Position numbers and translations under genes: made by a program | NCBI GenBank assembly: GCA_963804995.1 | Contig: CAWDSK010000002.1 | Location: forward strand, 448,001 to 512,000 | Direction: 5' to 3' | Source of the DNA: an uncultured Acidobacteriota bacterium | GTDB taxonomy: Bacteria > Acidobacteriota > Terriglobia > UBA7540 | DNA: 64,000 bases | Notes under the pieces: model-generated | Told to the model about the DNA's origin: nothing | Database searches by the model: none | What the model saw: only the letters and a program-made list of their open reading frames with translations | Shown: one piece after another, positions 31,068 through 41,431 of the stretch | How the letters are laid out: every line of letters starts with the position of its first letter | Position numbering within the stretch: position 1 is the stretch's first letter

Positions 31068-31150
31068 CCCATCTTCATGCGTTTTCTTCCTATGACTTTT
31101 CACTTGCGGATTCGCCGCCTGATACGTCCGCGTCTCTGCGGTGAGAAGGC
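31068..31150 (+). repeat. 83-bp direct repeat F, copy 2
   Basis: Matches 22469-22551. Confidence 0.9.
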
Positions 31151-31190
31151 ACCCGCGGGTATTCGTCTCAGAGAAGGCGGAGATGTGACC

Positions 31191-32489
31191 TTAGTTCACG
31201 GCGAGTGAGGCCCGCTTGGGGGATTCGTCTTCGAGATGAAAGATGGTGCGGACAACGTCGATGAATTCCGAGCGGTCCGGCCGCAACGCAGCCTGTTTAA
31301 GTTCGGTGAAGGGTGTGTGGAGGATCTTGTTGACGAGCCCATGCGTCAAGGCCTCGAGCGCCCGCTCCTGCTCCGGCGTTAACTCGCCAAAGAGGCGACG
31401 CGTGCGCTTCATTTCAGCCTGACGTATCTCCTCGACACGCTGCCGCAAGGAGACGATGGTGGGCACGACGTTCAACTGCTCCTGGCGCTCGCGGAAGAGA
31501 GTGATTTCTTCGTCTAAAATCTGACCGGCAGCCGCAAAAGCCTTTTGCCGCTCCTGCAGATTGTGGTTCGTCACTTCCTCAAGGCCGTCGATGTTGACCA
31601 GCGTGCAGCCCGGCACTTCCCGGATCGCTGGGTCAATGTCGCGGGGCACGGCAATATCGATCAGAAAGATCGGGCGGCCCTCGCGTTCTTGCATCAGGCG
31701 CACCATGTCGTCACGAGTGATGATGAAGTGCGGGCAGCCGGTGGAACTGAGGACGATGTCGGCGCCGCGCATCGCTTCCCAAATCTGGCTGAAATGAACG
31801 GCCAAGCCGTGCAGCTCTTCTGCCAGGGCTACGGCGTGCGCGTGGGTCCGATTGCTGACCAGAACCGTGGCGGCGCCCTTTGAAACCAGGTGCCGCGCAG
31901 CTAACTCGCCCATCTGCCCGGCCCCGATAATCATCACCGTCTTATCCTGCAGGCTGCCCAAGGTCTGCTCCGCAAGCTCCACGGCCGCAGAGCTGATTGA
32001 GACGGGCGCTTCCGCTACGTGGGTTTCAGTCCGAATCCGCTTGGCGGTGTTGAAGACACGATGGAACACCGGGTCGAGGGCGTTGCCGCAGGTCTCAGCT
32101 TGCTTGGCCAGGAAATACGCTTGTTTGACTTGACCCAGAACTTGCGGCTCACCCACTACCATTGAATCCAGGCCCGAGGCCACACGGAAAAGGTGCCGGA
32201 GAGCCTCCTCATCGCGATGCACGTAGAAGCAGTGGGCAAACTCGTCCAACCGAATGCCGTAGAACACTTCGGCAAACCGCCGGAACCCCGCCATGCCGTC
32301 CTGCTTCTCAAAGGCGCTGAGCACAAATTCCACACGGTTGCACGTTGAGATGATCACCGCTTCTTCGATTTCAGGCTCAGCCTGTAGCCGACGCAGCACT
32401 TCCGGGATCTGCCGCTCATTCAGCGCGAAACGCTCGCGGATTTCGAGGGGTGATGTCTTGTGGCTGATTCCCACGACGGTTAGGTTCAT
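31191..32489 (-). CDS. hemA: Glutamyl-tRNA reductase
   Basis: STCNRVE, SGLDSMVVGEPQVLGQVK, IGAGQMG, DIAVPRDI. Confidence 0.97.
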   Translation of the reverse strand: MNLTVVGISHKTSPLEIRERFALNERQIPEVLRRLQAEPEIEEAVIISTCNRVEFVLSAFEKQDGMAGFRRFAEVFYGIRLDEFAHCFYVHRDEEALRHLFRVASGLDSMVVGEPQVLGQVKQAYFLAKQAETCGNALDPVFHRVFNTAKRIRTETHVAEAPVSISSAAVELAEQTLGSLQDKTVMIIGAGQMGELAARHLVSKGAATVLVSNRTHAHAVALAEELHGLAVHFSQIWEAMRGADIVLSSTGCPHFIITRDDMVRLMQEREGRPIFLIDIAVPRDIDPAIREVPGCTLVNIDGLEEVTNHNLQERQKAFAAAGQILDEEITLFRERQEQLNVVPTIVSLRQRVEEIRQAEMKRTRRLFGELTPEQERALEALTHGLVNKILHTPFTELKQAALRPDRSEFIDVVRTIFHLEDESPKRASLAVN

Positions 32490-32942
32490 GAATGCGTTTC
32501 CAGAAGTTCGAATATTGGGTGACGGATGTCACATACCGCCTTCCCTATTGTCACCCGAAGAGAGATGAGGCAAGCACGATGCCATGTTGTCTTCAAGCCA
32601 GTGAGTAGAAATTCCACAACTCGTATGGTGCAATTAGGCTTTGGGTTCAAGAAGATGACGGCGGGGGGAAGTCAGTGCCATAAAGTCGCCTGTAAGGAAA
32701 CTCCACACTTTGATGAGTCATTTCCCGCAAAAGTGTCAGAGATTTCGCGCAAATGGTTTCCTTGCAATCAGCTAGGTCGCTCAGGAGAACCCCTAAGTTT
32801 TTGTATGTCCTACCTGTACAGAAATTTAACAGCGACTCCCTGCTGGTATTCAGAGTGCATCCGAAATGTCAGGCAGGTGAATCTGATGCCACATGTCCGT
32901 TTGTGAACACCTGCCCACATTATGTCAAGGAGATTTTCATCG

Positions 32943-33155
32943 ATGAGACTCATTCAGACATTCTTGCTGGTAGCCCTTGCGGTTGTGGTCATGGTCCCTT
33001 TCAGTTCAGGCAAAGCTGAATACGCCAAGAAGGAAGGAAGGGCCTGCACCTTCTGCCATCCTGCCGGAAAGTTCAAGGAACTTACCGACGCGGGGCAATA
33101 CTATAAGGATCACAACCACTCGCTGGAAGGATACAAGGCTCCCGCCGCCAATTAA
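32943..33155 (+). CDS. Small secreted monoheme c-type cytochrome
   Basis: Signal peptide, CTFCH, RBS AAGGAG. Confidence 0.75.
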   Translation: MRLIQTFLLVALAVVVMVPFSSGKAEYAKKEGRACTFCHPAGKFKELTDAGQYYKDHNHSLEGYKAPAAN

Positions 33156-33441
33156 CCCTATAAAGGGGTTGTAAAGGGAGAGGCTCAGCTAGAAGAACGT
33201 TTCGCTTGGTCATCCGGCTGAGTAGAATGTGAACGTCAATCTGGTGGATTATCCCGCCCGGGCGTCGCATTCAGAAGCAGTTGTCGCTACAGGTTTTTCA
33301 GCACACTAGCCAAGTCTAAGTCATAATAGCTGGCCGTTGAGGCGGTTGGCTGCCCAGCCGGCTGTTTCGGTCAGGTTAGGGGCGGGGCGCACAAAGAGCG
33401 CCCCGCGCTCGTAGCAAGTTGGGAAAGAAGGGACCCAGGTT

Positions 33442-34932
33442 TTGCCGGAATCCGCCAACGCCAATGCAGGTAATCCTCGGGCAGCTTGGACGAAGCTGCG
33501 CGAAGATTTTGTCCACTTCATTCGTCCTGCCGTCTATCTCAGTCAGAATCTGATCAGCCGCACCGGTGTGGTTTTGGCCACGACGAGCGGCATCACTCTG
33601 GTCTTTTCGTTTGCCTCACTCATCTTCGGTTTTCAACCCAACCCTTACGCGGGGATTGTGGTCTTCATGATTCTGCCCGCGATTTTTGCCTTGGGGCTGG
33701 TGTTAATTCCCATTGGCATCTACCGTGATCTTCGCAAGCACCGGCGGCTGGGCACTCTTCCAGTGGCCTACCCCACCGTTGATTTATCCCACTCCGGAGT
33801 GCGAAGGACGGCACTATTTGTCGCGATCATGACGGCCATCAACGTCCCCATTTTCGCGATTGCCACTTATAGCGGGACAGAATTTATGGAGTCCACCCAG
33901 TTCTGCGGCCAGACCTGCCACTCGGTGATGGACCCGGAATACACGGCCTACCAGCGCTCTCCGCATGCGCGTGTGGCTTGCGTTGAGTGCCACATTGGAC
34001 CAGGGGCGCCATGGTTTGTGCGCTCCAAGATTTCCGGCAGCTACCAGGTTGTGGCCGTAACCTTCAAGCTCTATCCCCGTCCCATTCCCACACCCATACA
34101 TAACTTGCGCCCGGCCCGCGAAACCTGCGAGCAGTGCCACTGGCCCGAGCGGTTCTCCGGCGACAAGCTGGTCATCAAATCGAAGTATGCGGACGACGAA
34201 AAGAATTCCTCAACCAAAACCGTCCTGTTGGTGCATATCGGCGGGCGCAACCCCGACCGCAAGCTCGTGGGGATTCATGGACGCCATCTGGGCCTCGTGT
34301 CATACCTCGCGGGAGACCCCAAGCGGCAGGAGATTCCCTGGGTGAGCTATCGCCACGAGGACGGAACGGTGACGGACTACGCCTCGACGGAGACTCCGCC
34401 GAAGGCGGACTTAGTGGCGCGCGGTGAGCGACACACGATGGATTGCATGGACTGCCACAATCGTCCGACCCACACCTTCGACATGCCGGAAAACGCCGTG
34501 AACCGTGAAATAGCTGCCGGCCGAATCAGCGCCTCTCTGCCCTTCATCCACAAAGTGGCGATTGATCTTTTGAAGACAAACTATTCCAGCCGAATGGCAG
34601 CGCAGTCGGCGATACCGGAAGCTTTACGCGAATACTACCGGAAGAATTATTTCGCTCTTTACAATTCCCAGCGCGCCCAGATCGAAGAGGCCGCGAAGGC
34701 GATTCTGTACATTTACGAGGGTAACATTTTCCCGGAGATGAACATCACCTGGGGAAGCTATCCCAACAATCTCGGGCACAACGATTTTCCGGGTTGCTTC
34801 CGTTGCCATGACGGCAATCACAAATCGAAAAGCGGGGGTGAGATCACGCAGGATTGCAATGCCTGCCACTCCCTGCTGGCCATGGACGAACCCGACCCCA
34901 AGATTCTGCACGAGCTGGCGGGAGGGAACTAG
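33442..34932 (+). CDS. Membrane-anchored NapC/NirT-family multiheme cytochrome c (6 heme motifs)
   Basis: 3 N-terminal TM segments; CGQTCH, CVECH, CEQCH, CMDCH, CFRCH, CNACH; TTG start uncertain. Confidence 0.88.
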   Translation: MPESANANAGNPRAAWTKLREDFVHFIRPAVYLSQNLISRTGVVLATTSGITLVFSFASLIFGFQPNPYAGIVVFMILPAIFALGLVLIPIGIYRDLRKHRRLGTLPVAYPTVDLSHSGVRRTALFVAIMTAINVPIFAIATYSGTEFMESTQFCGQTCHSVMDPEYTAYQRSPHARVACVECHIGPGAPWFVRSKISGSYQVVAVTFKLYPRPIPTPIHNLRPARETCEQCHWPERFSGDKLVIKSKYADDEKNSSTKTVLLVHIGGRNPDRKLVGIHGRHLGLVSYLAGDPKRQEIPWVSYRHEDGTVTDYASTETPPKADLVARGERHTMDCMDCHNRPTHTFDMPENAVNREIAAGRISASLPFIHKVAIDLLKTNYSSRMAAQSAIPEALREYYRKNYFALYNSQRAQIEEAAKAILYIYEGNIFPEMNITWGSYPNNLGHNDFPGCFRCHDGNHKSKSGGEITQDCNACHSLLAMDEPDPKILHELAGGN

Positions 34933-35015
34933 GGGTTGGGCGTAAGCTTGCTCAGCGTAATTTGTTGTCTTTTTAAGCTATAAGCGATATAAAATTCACC
35001 CCCCAGGAGGAATCC

Positions 35016-35228
35016 ATGAGGTTGCTGAAGGTTCTAGTTGCTGTTGCCATCCTAAGCGGGTCACTGCTGACCCTTGCTACTGCGAAGCCCGAGTATGCCA
35101 AGAAGGAAGGCAAAGGCTGCAAGTATTGCCATGTCACCCCGGGCAAGCCTGACCTGAACGACACCGGAAAGTGCTACAAGGCCAACGACCATTCGTTGGA
35201 AAAATGCACGGCCCCGGCGGGCAGTTAA
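35016..35228 (+). CDS. Small secreted monoheme c-type cytochrome, paralog of 32943
   Basis: RBS AGGAGG, signal peptide, EYAKKEGKGCKYCH. Confidence 0.78.
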   Translation: MRLLKVLVAVAILSGSLLTLATAKPEYAKKEGKGCKYCHVTPGKPDLNDTGKCYKANDHSLEKCTAPAGS

Positions 35229-35386
35229 CCAGGAATTATCATCACGGAGGGGACGGAAGTGGCTCATGAGCCCACCCTTCCCGAGGCCCGACTACGAGGG
35301 ATAAAAGGCCCGACGTGCGTATCACCTCGCGTCTCAGGCGGTGTGTCGCCGGGCCTTTAGCGTAATTCTAAGGAGAGGGTGTGCCC

Positions 35387-35842
35387 ATGTCTGCTCCCGA
35401 GCAAAATCCAACCCCCCAGCCCGGCCGCCGATGGGTGAACTTTCTTCTGGGAGGCGGCTTGGCTGCTTCCGTGGTCTCTTTCCTCTACCCGGCGATTCGC
35501 TACATCATTCCTCCGCTGGTGGCAGAATCCACCAGCCGGTCGGTGGTGGCCGCCAAGGTCGCGGAGCTCAAAAACAACGCCGGTAAGATTTTCAAGTTCG
35601 GGTCCAAGCCCGCCCTCCTGGTGCGGACCACTGACGGCAACTATCGCGCCTACTCGGCAGTCTGCACGCACTTGAACTGCACAGTTCAATACCGTGATGA
35701 CCTGCACCAAATCTGGTGCGCTTGTCATAATGGACTCTACGATCTGGAAGGACGGAATGTGAGCGGCCCTCCGCCTCGGCCTTTGGAGACGTTTGAAGTT
35801 CACGTCCAAGGTGAGGATGTGGTGGTCACCCGCAACTCTTAG
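35387..35842 (+). CDS. Rieske [2Fe-2S] protein of a bc-type complex
   Basis: Tat-like GRRWVNFLL anchor; CTHLNC and CACHNG boxes; GPPPRPL. Confidence 0.92.
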   Translation: MSAPEQNPTPQPGRRWVNFLLGGGLAASVVSFLYPAIRYIIPPLVAESTSRSVVAAKVAELKNNAGKIFKFGSKPALLVRTTDGNYRAYSAVCTHLNCTVQYRDDLHQIWCACHNGLYDLEGRNVSGPPPRPLETFEVHVQGEDVVVTRNS

Positions 35843-35844
35843 CC

Positions 35845-36930
35845 ATGAGTACTCTCTTTCGCCGCACTCTTGACTGGCTGGACGAACGGTTCGGCGCCGG
35901 AAGTATTGAGGAGTTCCTCCGCCACAAGACCGTCCCTATTCACAAGCATACCGTGTGGTACTACTTCGGCGGCATGACGCTGTTCCTGTTCATCGTTCAG
36001 GTGCTCACAGGAATCCTGCTGCTGCTTTATTACCGCCCTACTCCCAACGACGCCTTCGAGAGTGTTCAGTACATGATGACGCAGGTGCGCTTCGGCTGGC
36101 TGATTCGCTCCGTGCACAGTTGGTCGGCGAACCTGATGATCCTCGCGGCCTTCATCCACATGTTCAGCGTCTATTTCACCAAGGCCTATCGCAAGCCGCG
36201 CGAACTGACCTGGGTCAGCGGCATGCTGCTGCTTTTCATCGTCATGGGGTTCGGATTCTCGGGGTACCTGCTTCCCTGGAACACTCTGGCTTTCTTCGCG
36301 ACCAAAGTGGGGACGGAGATGGCTGGCTCGATTCCCATCGTGGGAAAGTGGTTCCTGATTTTTCTGCGCGGTGGTGAGGAAGTGACGGGCGCGACGCTGA
36401 CTCGTTTCTTCGGGTTCCACGTGGCGGTTCTTCCCGGACTGGCTACGACGCTTCTGGCCATCCATCTGCTATTGGTGCAGAGGTTGGGAATGAGCTCGCC
36501 GCCGAGCGTTGAGCGGGCCGCGGCTGAGGGGGGACCGCCACTTCGCTCCATGCCCTTCTTCCCCAACTTTCTCCTGCGCGACGCGATTGGCTGGTACGCG
36601 GCGCTGGGGGTTTTGGGCGCGCTCGCTGCCATCTTCCCTTGGGAGCTGGGAACCAAAGCCGATCCTTTCGCGGCGGCTCCAGCAGGCATCCGGCCCGAGT
36701 GGTATTTTCTATTCGTGTTTCAGACGTTGAAGTACATCCCCGCGAAGGTCTTCTTCATTGACGGCGAATTGCTGGGCATCTTCGGATTCTCCGCCGCCGC
36801 CCTGGTTTGGGTGGCTGTTCCATTCCTCGACAGGCATGTGGGCTTCGGGCGAGTCACGCGGTTCTTTACGGGCCTGGGGATCTTCGCGCTCGGGTACATG
36901 GCCGTTTTCTCATGGCTGGCTTTGCGGTAG
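35845..36930 (+). CDS. Cytochrome b (fused b6 + subunit IV type)
   Basis: [30 protein letters not shown]. Confidence 0.94.
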   Translation: MSTLFRRTLDWLDERFGAGSIEEFLRHKTVPIHKHTVWYYFGGMTLFLFIVQVLTGILLLLYYRPTPNDAFESVQYMMTQVRFGWLIRSVHSWSANLMILAAFIHMFSVYFTKAYRKPRELTWVSGMLLLFIVMGFGFSGYLLPWNTLAFFATKVGTEMAGSIPIVGKWFLIFLRGGEEVTGATLTRFFGFHVAVLPGLATTLLAIHLLLVQRLGMSSPPSVERAAAEGGPPLRSMPFFPNFLLRDAIGWYAALGVLGALAAIFPWELGTKADPFAAAPAGIRPEWYFLFVFQTLKYIPAKVFFIDGELLGIFGFSAAALVWVAVPFLDRHVGFGRVTRFFTGLGIFALGYMAVFSWLALR

Positions 36931-36944
36931 TCACTTGAGTCATG

Positions 36945-37030
36945 TGTCAGTTTGATGCGGTAGCGGCGAGTTTACCTCGCCAAATGGCGGCGTACCGATA
37001 TGGGCGGGACAGGTTCCGCCGCCCCTCCAG
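36945..37030 (+). repeat. REP/MITE family A copy inside the cytochrome cluster
   Basis: CAGTTTGATGCGGTAGCGGCGAGTTTACCTCGCCAAATGGCGGCGT. Confidence 0.75.
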
Positions 37031-37090
37031 CAAGGCCTGACGTTGGGTAAGGTGTGGCGGTGAAGATTCTGACCGCCACCCGGGATCGCT

Positions 37091-38338
37091 ATGAAAACTG
37101 CGGTTACAACACTCCTGATGTTGATCACCGCCTGGGCTTCCACCGCCGCGGCGGCCCCGGGCAAGAACTCCTGTATGGATTGTCATTCGTTGCTGGAAGA
37201 CGACCGGCTCGTGAAACCGGCCAAGCTCTTCGACGTTGACGTTCATCATCAGGCCGGATTGACCTGCGTCGACTGCCACGGTGGCGACCCCAACGATGAT
37301 ACTCCCAACGCCATGAGCCCTGCGAAAGGGTTCCGGGGAGTTCCCAAGCGAGCCCTCATTCCGGACTTCTGCGCCCATTGCCATTCCGACATCGCTTACA
37401 TGCACCGCTTCAATCCCAAAATGCGCGCTGACGAGTTGAGCCAGTACCTGACCAGTGTGCACGGCAAACGGCTGAAGCAGGGCGACTCGAAAGCGGCCAC
37501 TTGTGTGGATTGCCACGGCATTCACAACATTCTGGCCGTTTCCGATTCACGGGCGCCCGTCTATCCGACGAACGTGGCTACCACGTGCGGCCGCTGCCAC
37601 TCCGACGCCGCCTACATGAAGGACTACAAGATTCCCACTGACCAGGTGGCGCACTACCGGAAAAGTGTGCACGCCCAGACGCTCGCCCAGGGTGACACCT
37701 CCGCGCCCACTTGCACCACGTGCCACGGCAACCACGGCGCCACTCCGCCCGGCGTCGCTTCGGTCGCCAACGTTTGCGGAACCTGCCACGTCTTCTTCGC
37801 CCAGCTTTTCGAAAAGAGCCCCCACCAGGCCGCCTTCGCTAAAATGGGATTGCCGGGCTGCGTGCAGTGCCACTCGAACCACGAGATCGTGAAGCCCTCC
37901 GATGATTGGGTCGGGATGGGCGGCAATGCCGTCTGCGCCACCTGCCACGCCGCCGGCGATCCGGGCGCCCAGAGCGCCAAAGCCATGGCCCAGGACCTGG
38001 CGCGACTGAACCTGGCCATTGCGCGCGCTGAAACCGTTCTTGACACGGCGGAGCGCGCCGGCATGGAAGTCTCAAACCCCAAGCTCGAACTCGCAAGCGC
38101 GCACGAAGCTCTAATCAAAGCGCGTGTCAACGTGCACACCTTCCGCGATGCGGAAGTTGAGAAGGTCGCAAAGCCCGGTCTTGAAATCGCCACCCACGCG
38201 GACCAGGCAGGCGTCGCAGCCCTTGCGGAATTGAACTTCCGCCGCAAAGGCCTGGGAATCTCCCTCATCACCATCCTCGTGGCCATCGCCGGCCTGTATC
38301 TGAAAATCCGCCAAATGGAATCCCGCCCACAGAAGTAA
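37091..38338 (+). CDS. Nonaheme c-type cytochrome with C-terminal membrane anchor
   Basis: Signal peptide; nine CxxCH (CMDCH, CVDCH, CAHCH, CVDCH, CGRCH, CTTCH, CGTCH, CVQCH, CATCH); C-terminal TM. Confidence 0.9.
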   Translation: MKTAVTTLLMLITAWASTAAAAPGKNSCMDCHSLLEDDRLVKPAKLFDVDVHHQAGLTCVDCHGGDPNDDTPNAMSPAKGFRGVPKRALIPDFCAHCHSDIAYMHRFNPKMRADELSQYLTSVHGKRLKQGDSKAATCVDCHGIHNILAVSDSRAPVYPTNVATTCGRCHSDAAYMKDYKIPTDQVAHYRKSVHAQTLAQGDTSAPTCTTCHGNHGATPPGVASVANVCGTCHVFFAQLFEKSPHQAAFAKMGLPGCVQCHSNHEIVKPSDDWVGMGGNAVCATCHAAGDPGAQSAKAMAQDLARLNLAIARAETVLDTAERAGMEVSNPKLELASAHEALIKARVNVHTFRDAEVEKVAKPGLEIATHADQAGVAALAELNFRRKGLGISLITILVAIAGLYLKIRQMESRPQK

Positions 38339-38424
38339 GCCAGGGTTTCGCGACTTCGTGGCGACCCCGTTTGCCGTGGTAGAATGGCCCCGCCTCGTTC
38401 GATCCCCGCTTTTGGGAGGTGCCG

Positions 38425-40770
38425 ATGCAGCCCCGACTATTCCCGCTCCTCCTCGTCCTACCCCTGATTCTGACGCTGCCCCTGCGGGCGCAGCAGAAGA
38501 TCGTAGTGCCGACCTTGAGGTCGGCACAGAAACGTGCCACGGGCATCCTGCCCGTGAAGGGGCATGGCCAGGACCCCGATGGATTGGGGCAGGTCGGCCA
38601 TGGCACGTCGATGAGTGCTGACCCTTCGGCGAGCTCAGGGCAGGCTCTAAAGGTCAGCGTTACAACAGCAATCTCCAGCACGGCAAAGCCCTTTACGCGG
38701 GAGCAGGTCGAAGGCCTGGTGCGGGACGGGTTGGGCGATGATTCGGGCGCCAAGCTGATCGAGCAGCGCGGGATTGATTTCGCCCCGTCCGAGGACTTTA
38801 TTCGAACCCTCAAGGCCGCAGGCGCGAGTGAGGCGTTTCTCAAGGCGCTGCGCGCCGCCAAGCCGCCCGAGCCCGCGAGCGCGAAGAAGCCGCTGAACCA
38901 GGTGCAGGTTTTCGCCCTGCTGGTGGGCCAAGTGCCCAGCCACCGAGTCACCATGCTGGTCCAGGAACGCGGAATCGATTTTGAGCCCACGGATGACTAC
39001 CTTCAGGAAGTCCGCTTGGCTGGCGGCGAAGACGAACTGATCAGCGCGCTGAAGATTGCCAATGTAACGAAGCCCGCGCGCGTTGACCCGGCGGTCCAGG
39101 CTCGGCAGGCCGAAGTGCAGCACCACGCGGCGCACGGAGCGGAACTCGCCAAGAAAGGGCAGTACGCGGAGGCTGAACTGGAATATCGCGCGGCATTGCT
39201 GCTTGATTCTCAAAATGCGGACCTTTACGAAAGCTTGGCCTATGTCTTGAGTCAGCAAAAAAAGTGGGACGATACCGCGTCCGCTGAACGCGAGGCGCTG
39301 CGCCTGAACCCCAATTATGACTTGGCGCACCTCGGCCTCGGTATCGCGCTCGGACAAAAGGGCGACTGGGATAGCGCGATTGCGGAATTTCGCGAGGCCC
39401 TTCGCTTGAACCCGAATCTTGCAGACGCGCACGTCAGCCTTGGCGTCGCGCTCGGAAACAAGGGCGACTGGGATGGGGAGATCACCGAAGAGCGTGAAGC
39501 ATTGCGCTTGAACCCCAAGACTGACATGGCGCACTACGACCTCGGCTTCGCACTTGGGCAGAAGGGCGATTGGGACGGCGAGATCGCAGAAGAGCGTGAG
39601 GCACTCCACTTGAACCCCAGTAATGACATGGCGCACAACAGCCTCGGCTTTGCACTTCGGCAGAAGGGCGACTGGGACGGGGCGGTCGCGGAAGAGCGTG
39701 AAGCATTGCGCTTGAACCCCGATAATGACATGGCGCACGTCAACCTCGGCGATACGCTCAGAGAGAAGGGCGATTGGGATGGGGCGGTCGCGGCGGAACG
39801 CGAGGCGCTGCGCTTGAATCCCAATAATGAAGCGGCGCACGTCGGCTTGGGCAACGTGTTTATTAGCAAGGGCAACCCTGGCGGCGCGATTTCTGAGTAC
39901 CGCGAGGCGCTGCGCTTAGACCCCAGCGATGATGCTGCGCACGTCGGCCTGGGCAGCGCATTCTATAATGAGCGTGACTGGGATGGCGCGACCGTGGAGT
40001 ACCGCGAGGCGCTGCGCCTGAACCCCAACTATGACTTGGCGCACCTCGGCCTCGGCCTCGCGCTGGAGCAGAAGGGCGACTGGGATGGGGCGATGGCTGA
40101 ATTCCGCGAGGCGCTGCGCCTGAACCACAATAATGATATGGCGCACGTCAACCTCGGGATCGCGCTCGGAAGCAAGCGCGACCGGGACGGCGCGATCGCG
40201 GAGTTTCGCGAAGCAATACGACTCCAGCCTGTAAACGCAGAGGCACACTACAACTTGGCGGAGGTGCTTGTCCATTTGCCGGACCCAATCTCAGGCAGGT
40301 GGTTGGAGGATGATCCTGGTGCAGCGGCGGAATACCGAGCGGCCCTGAGAATCAAGCCGGACTACCCCGAAGCACACTTAGGTCTCGGGAAGAATCTGTA
40401 CGCCAAAACTCTAAAGCTTGTGGCCGGCAGAAGCCTGGAAGCACTGCGGAACCCGAACCTGGATTGGCCTGTCCAGAGAGAGATAATTAGAGCCAACTAC
40501 TTTCCGTGTCAGGCGAAAGGATCGAGCAGACAGGTAGCGGCGCTTCTGAACAGTGGCTCTGCGGGAGAGGCGGTTGCAGAACTGCGCAATGCAGTAAACC
40601 TGAAGCCTGACTGGGCCGAGGCGCACTACTGGCTCGCCTGCGCGCTTGAATTAGGTGGGGAGTGTGATGCCGCTGTTGCGGAGTACAGTCTTGCGTGCTC
40701 GCTTGAGCCGCAGAATGCGACGTACCGAAGCCACTGCGAAAACGGGGGCAGCAAAAAGAAAAAAAGGTGA
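38425..40770 (+). CDS. Secreted TPR repeat protein
   Basis: Signal peptide; many 34-aa repeats AHxxLGxALxxKGDWDGAxAExREALRLNP. Confidence 0.9.
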   Translation: MQPRLFPLLLVLPLILTLPLRAQQKIVVPTLRSAQKRATGILPVKGHGQDPDGLGQVGHGTSMSADPSASSGQALKVSVTTAISSTAKPFTREQVEGLVRDGLGDDSGAKLIEQRGIDFAPSEDFIRTLKAAGASEAFLKALRAAKPPEPASAKKPLNQVQVFALLVGQVPSHRVTMLVQERGIDFEPTDDYLQEVRLAGGEDELISALKIANVTKPARVDPAVQARQAEVQHHAAHGAELAKKGQYAEAELEYRAALLLDSQNADLYESLAYVLSQQKKWDDTASAEREALRLNPNYDLAHLGLGIALGQKGDWDSAIAEFREALRLNPNLADAHVSLGVALGNKGDWDGEITEEREALRLNPKTDMAHYDLGFALGQKGDWDGEIAEEREALHLNPSNDMAHNSLGFALRQKGDWDGAVAEEREALRLNPDNDMAHVNLGDTLREKGDWDGAVAAEREALRLNPNNEAAHVGLGNVFISKGNPGGAISEYREALRLDPSDDAAHVGLGSAFYNERDWDGATVEYREALRLNPNYDLAHLGLGLALEQKGDWDGAMAEFREALRLNHNNDMAHVNLGIALGSKRDRDGAIAEFREAIRLQPVNAEAHYNLAEVLVHLPDPISGRWLEDDPGAAAEYRAALRIKPDYPEAHLGLGKNLYAKTLKLVAGRSLEALRNPNLDWPVQREIIRANYFPCQAKGSSRQVAALLNSGSAGEAVAELRNAVNLKPDWAEAHYWLACALELGGECDAAVAEYSLACSLEPQNATYRSHCENGGSKKKKR
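38503..38663. repeat. Cluster of REP-like palindromes within the TPR reading frame
   Basis: GTAGTGCCGACCTTGAGGTCGGCAC, GTGCCACGGGCATCCTGCCCGTG...CCATGGCAC, GTGCTGACC...GGTCAGCGTTAC. Confidence 0.75.
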
Positions 40771-41002
40771 CCAGAGTCCTCGCCGACGAGGAGCCCAACA
40801 AAGGAAAAAAAAGGCTGAACCCGGGCCCTTGTGCGGAAGTGCGGACCCCTGTGACCCCGGACAATTCCCCGCCGTTCTGCGTGGATGCGCGCCAGGTTAC
40901 CGCAGGCTGGCGCAGACGTTAAAAAGCGACCGTCTGCGCTAGCCGACCCCGCATCTGAGAGAAGAAGCCACAGGCTTAGAAAGCAGGTCTTGCCCCTGCT
41001 CG

Positions 41003-41362
41003 CTATCTGAGATGCTGGTAGGCGGATAGGAACCATCGGGTGTACAGCGCCACCGCGAAGAAGGCAAAGCTGAGAATCCTGTTCTTATGGGACAATCGCG
41101 CCACCGCGACTCGTAACCAACCCTGATGTTCTTCGTCGCCATGACGCTCGCCGATCAGATTCGGCGTGCTCAACATAAAGCTCCACCCGAATCCGAAAAA
41201 TACCAGACGAATCCCCAGCACGGTGTTATCCTGCCTATTCTTCACCACGTCGCTGAGAACCAAGAAGAGCCCCATAAGAATAGACAGGGTACGAACCTGA
41301 AACAGGTACCCCGACACACCTAGAACGGAATGAGCAAGCCCCGCCGTCGGATCGTCGTTCAT
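41003..41362 (-). CDS. Hypothetical small membrane protein
   Basis: 119-aa ORF with about 3 hydrophobic stretches, RBS-like GAGGA; follows the attC-like site. Confidence 0.4.
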   Translation of the reverse strand: MNDDPTAGLAHSVLGVSGYLFQVRTLSILMGLFLVLSDVVKNRQDNTVLGIRLVFFGFGWSFMLSTPNLIGERHGDEEHQGWLRVAVARLSHKNRILSFAFFAVALYTRWFLSAYQHLR

Positions 41363-41431
41363 AGCCCATCCTCACCGACCCCGGCTGGCAGTCTAAATCA
41401 GCCTCGATAGTTCCGCATGGCTGCGTTACGC

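Noticed and set aside
39240..40260. ~102-bp tandem DNA repeats
   Set aside because: Fully explained by 34-aa TPR coding repeats.
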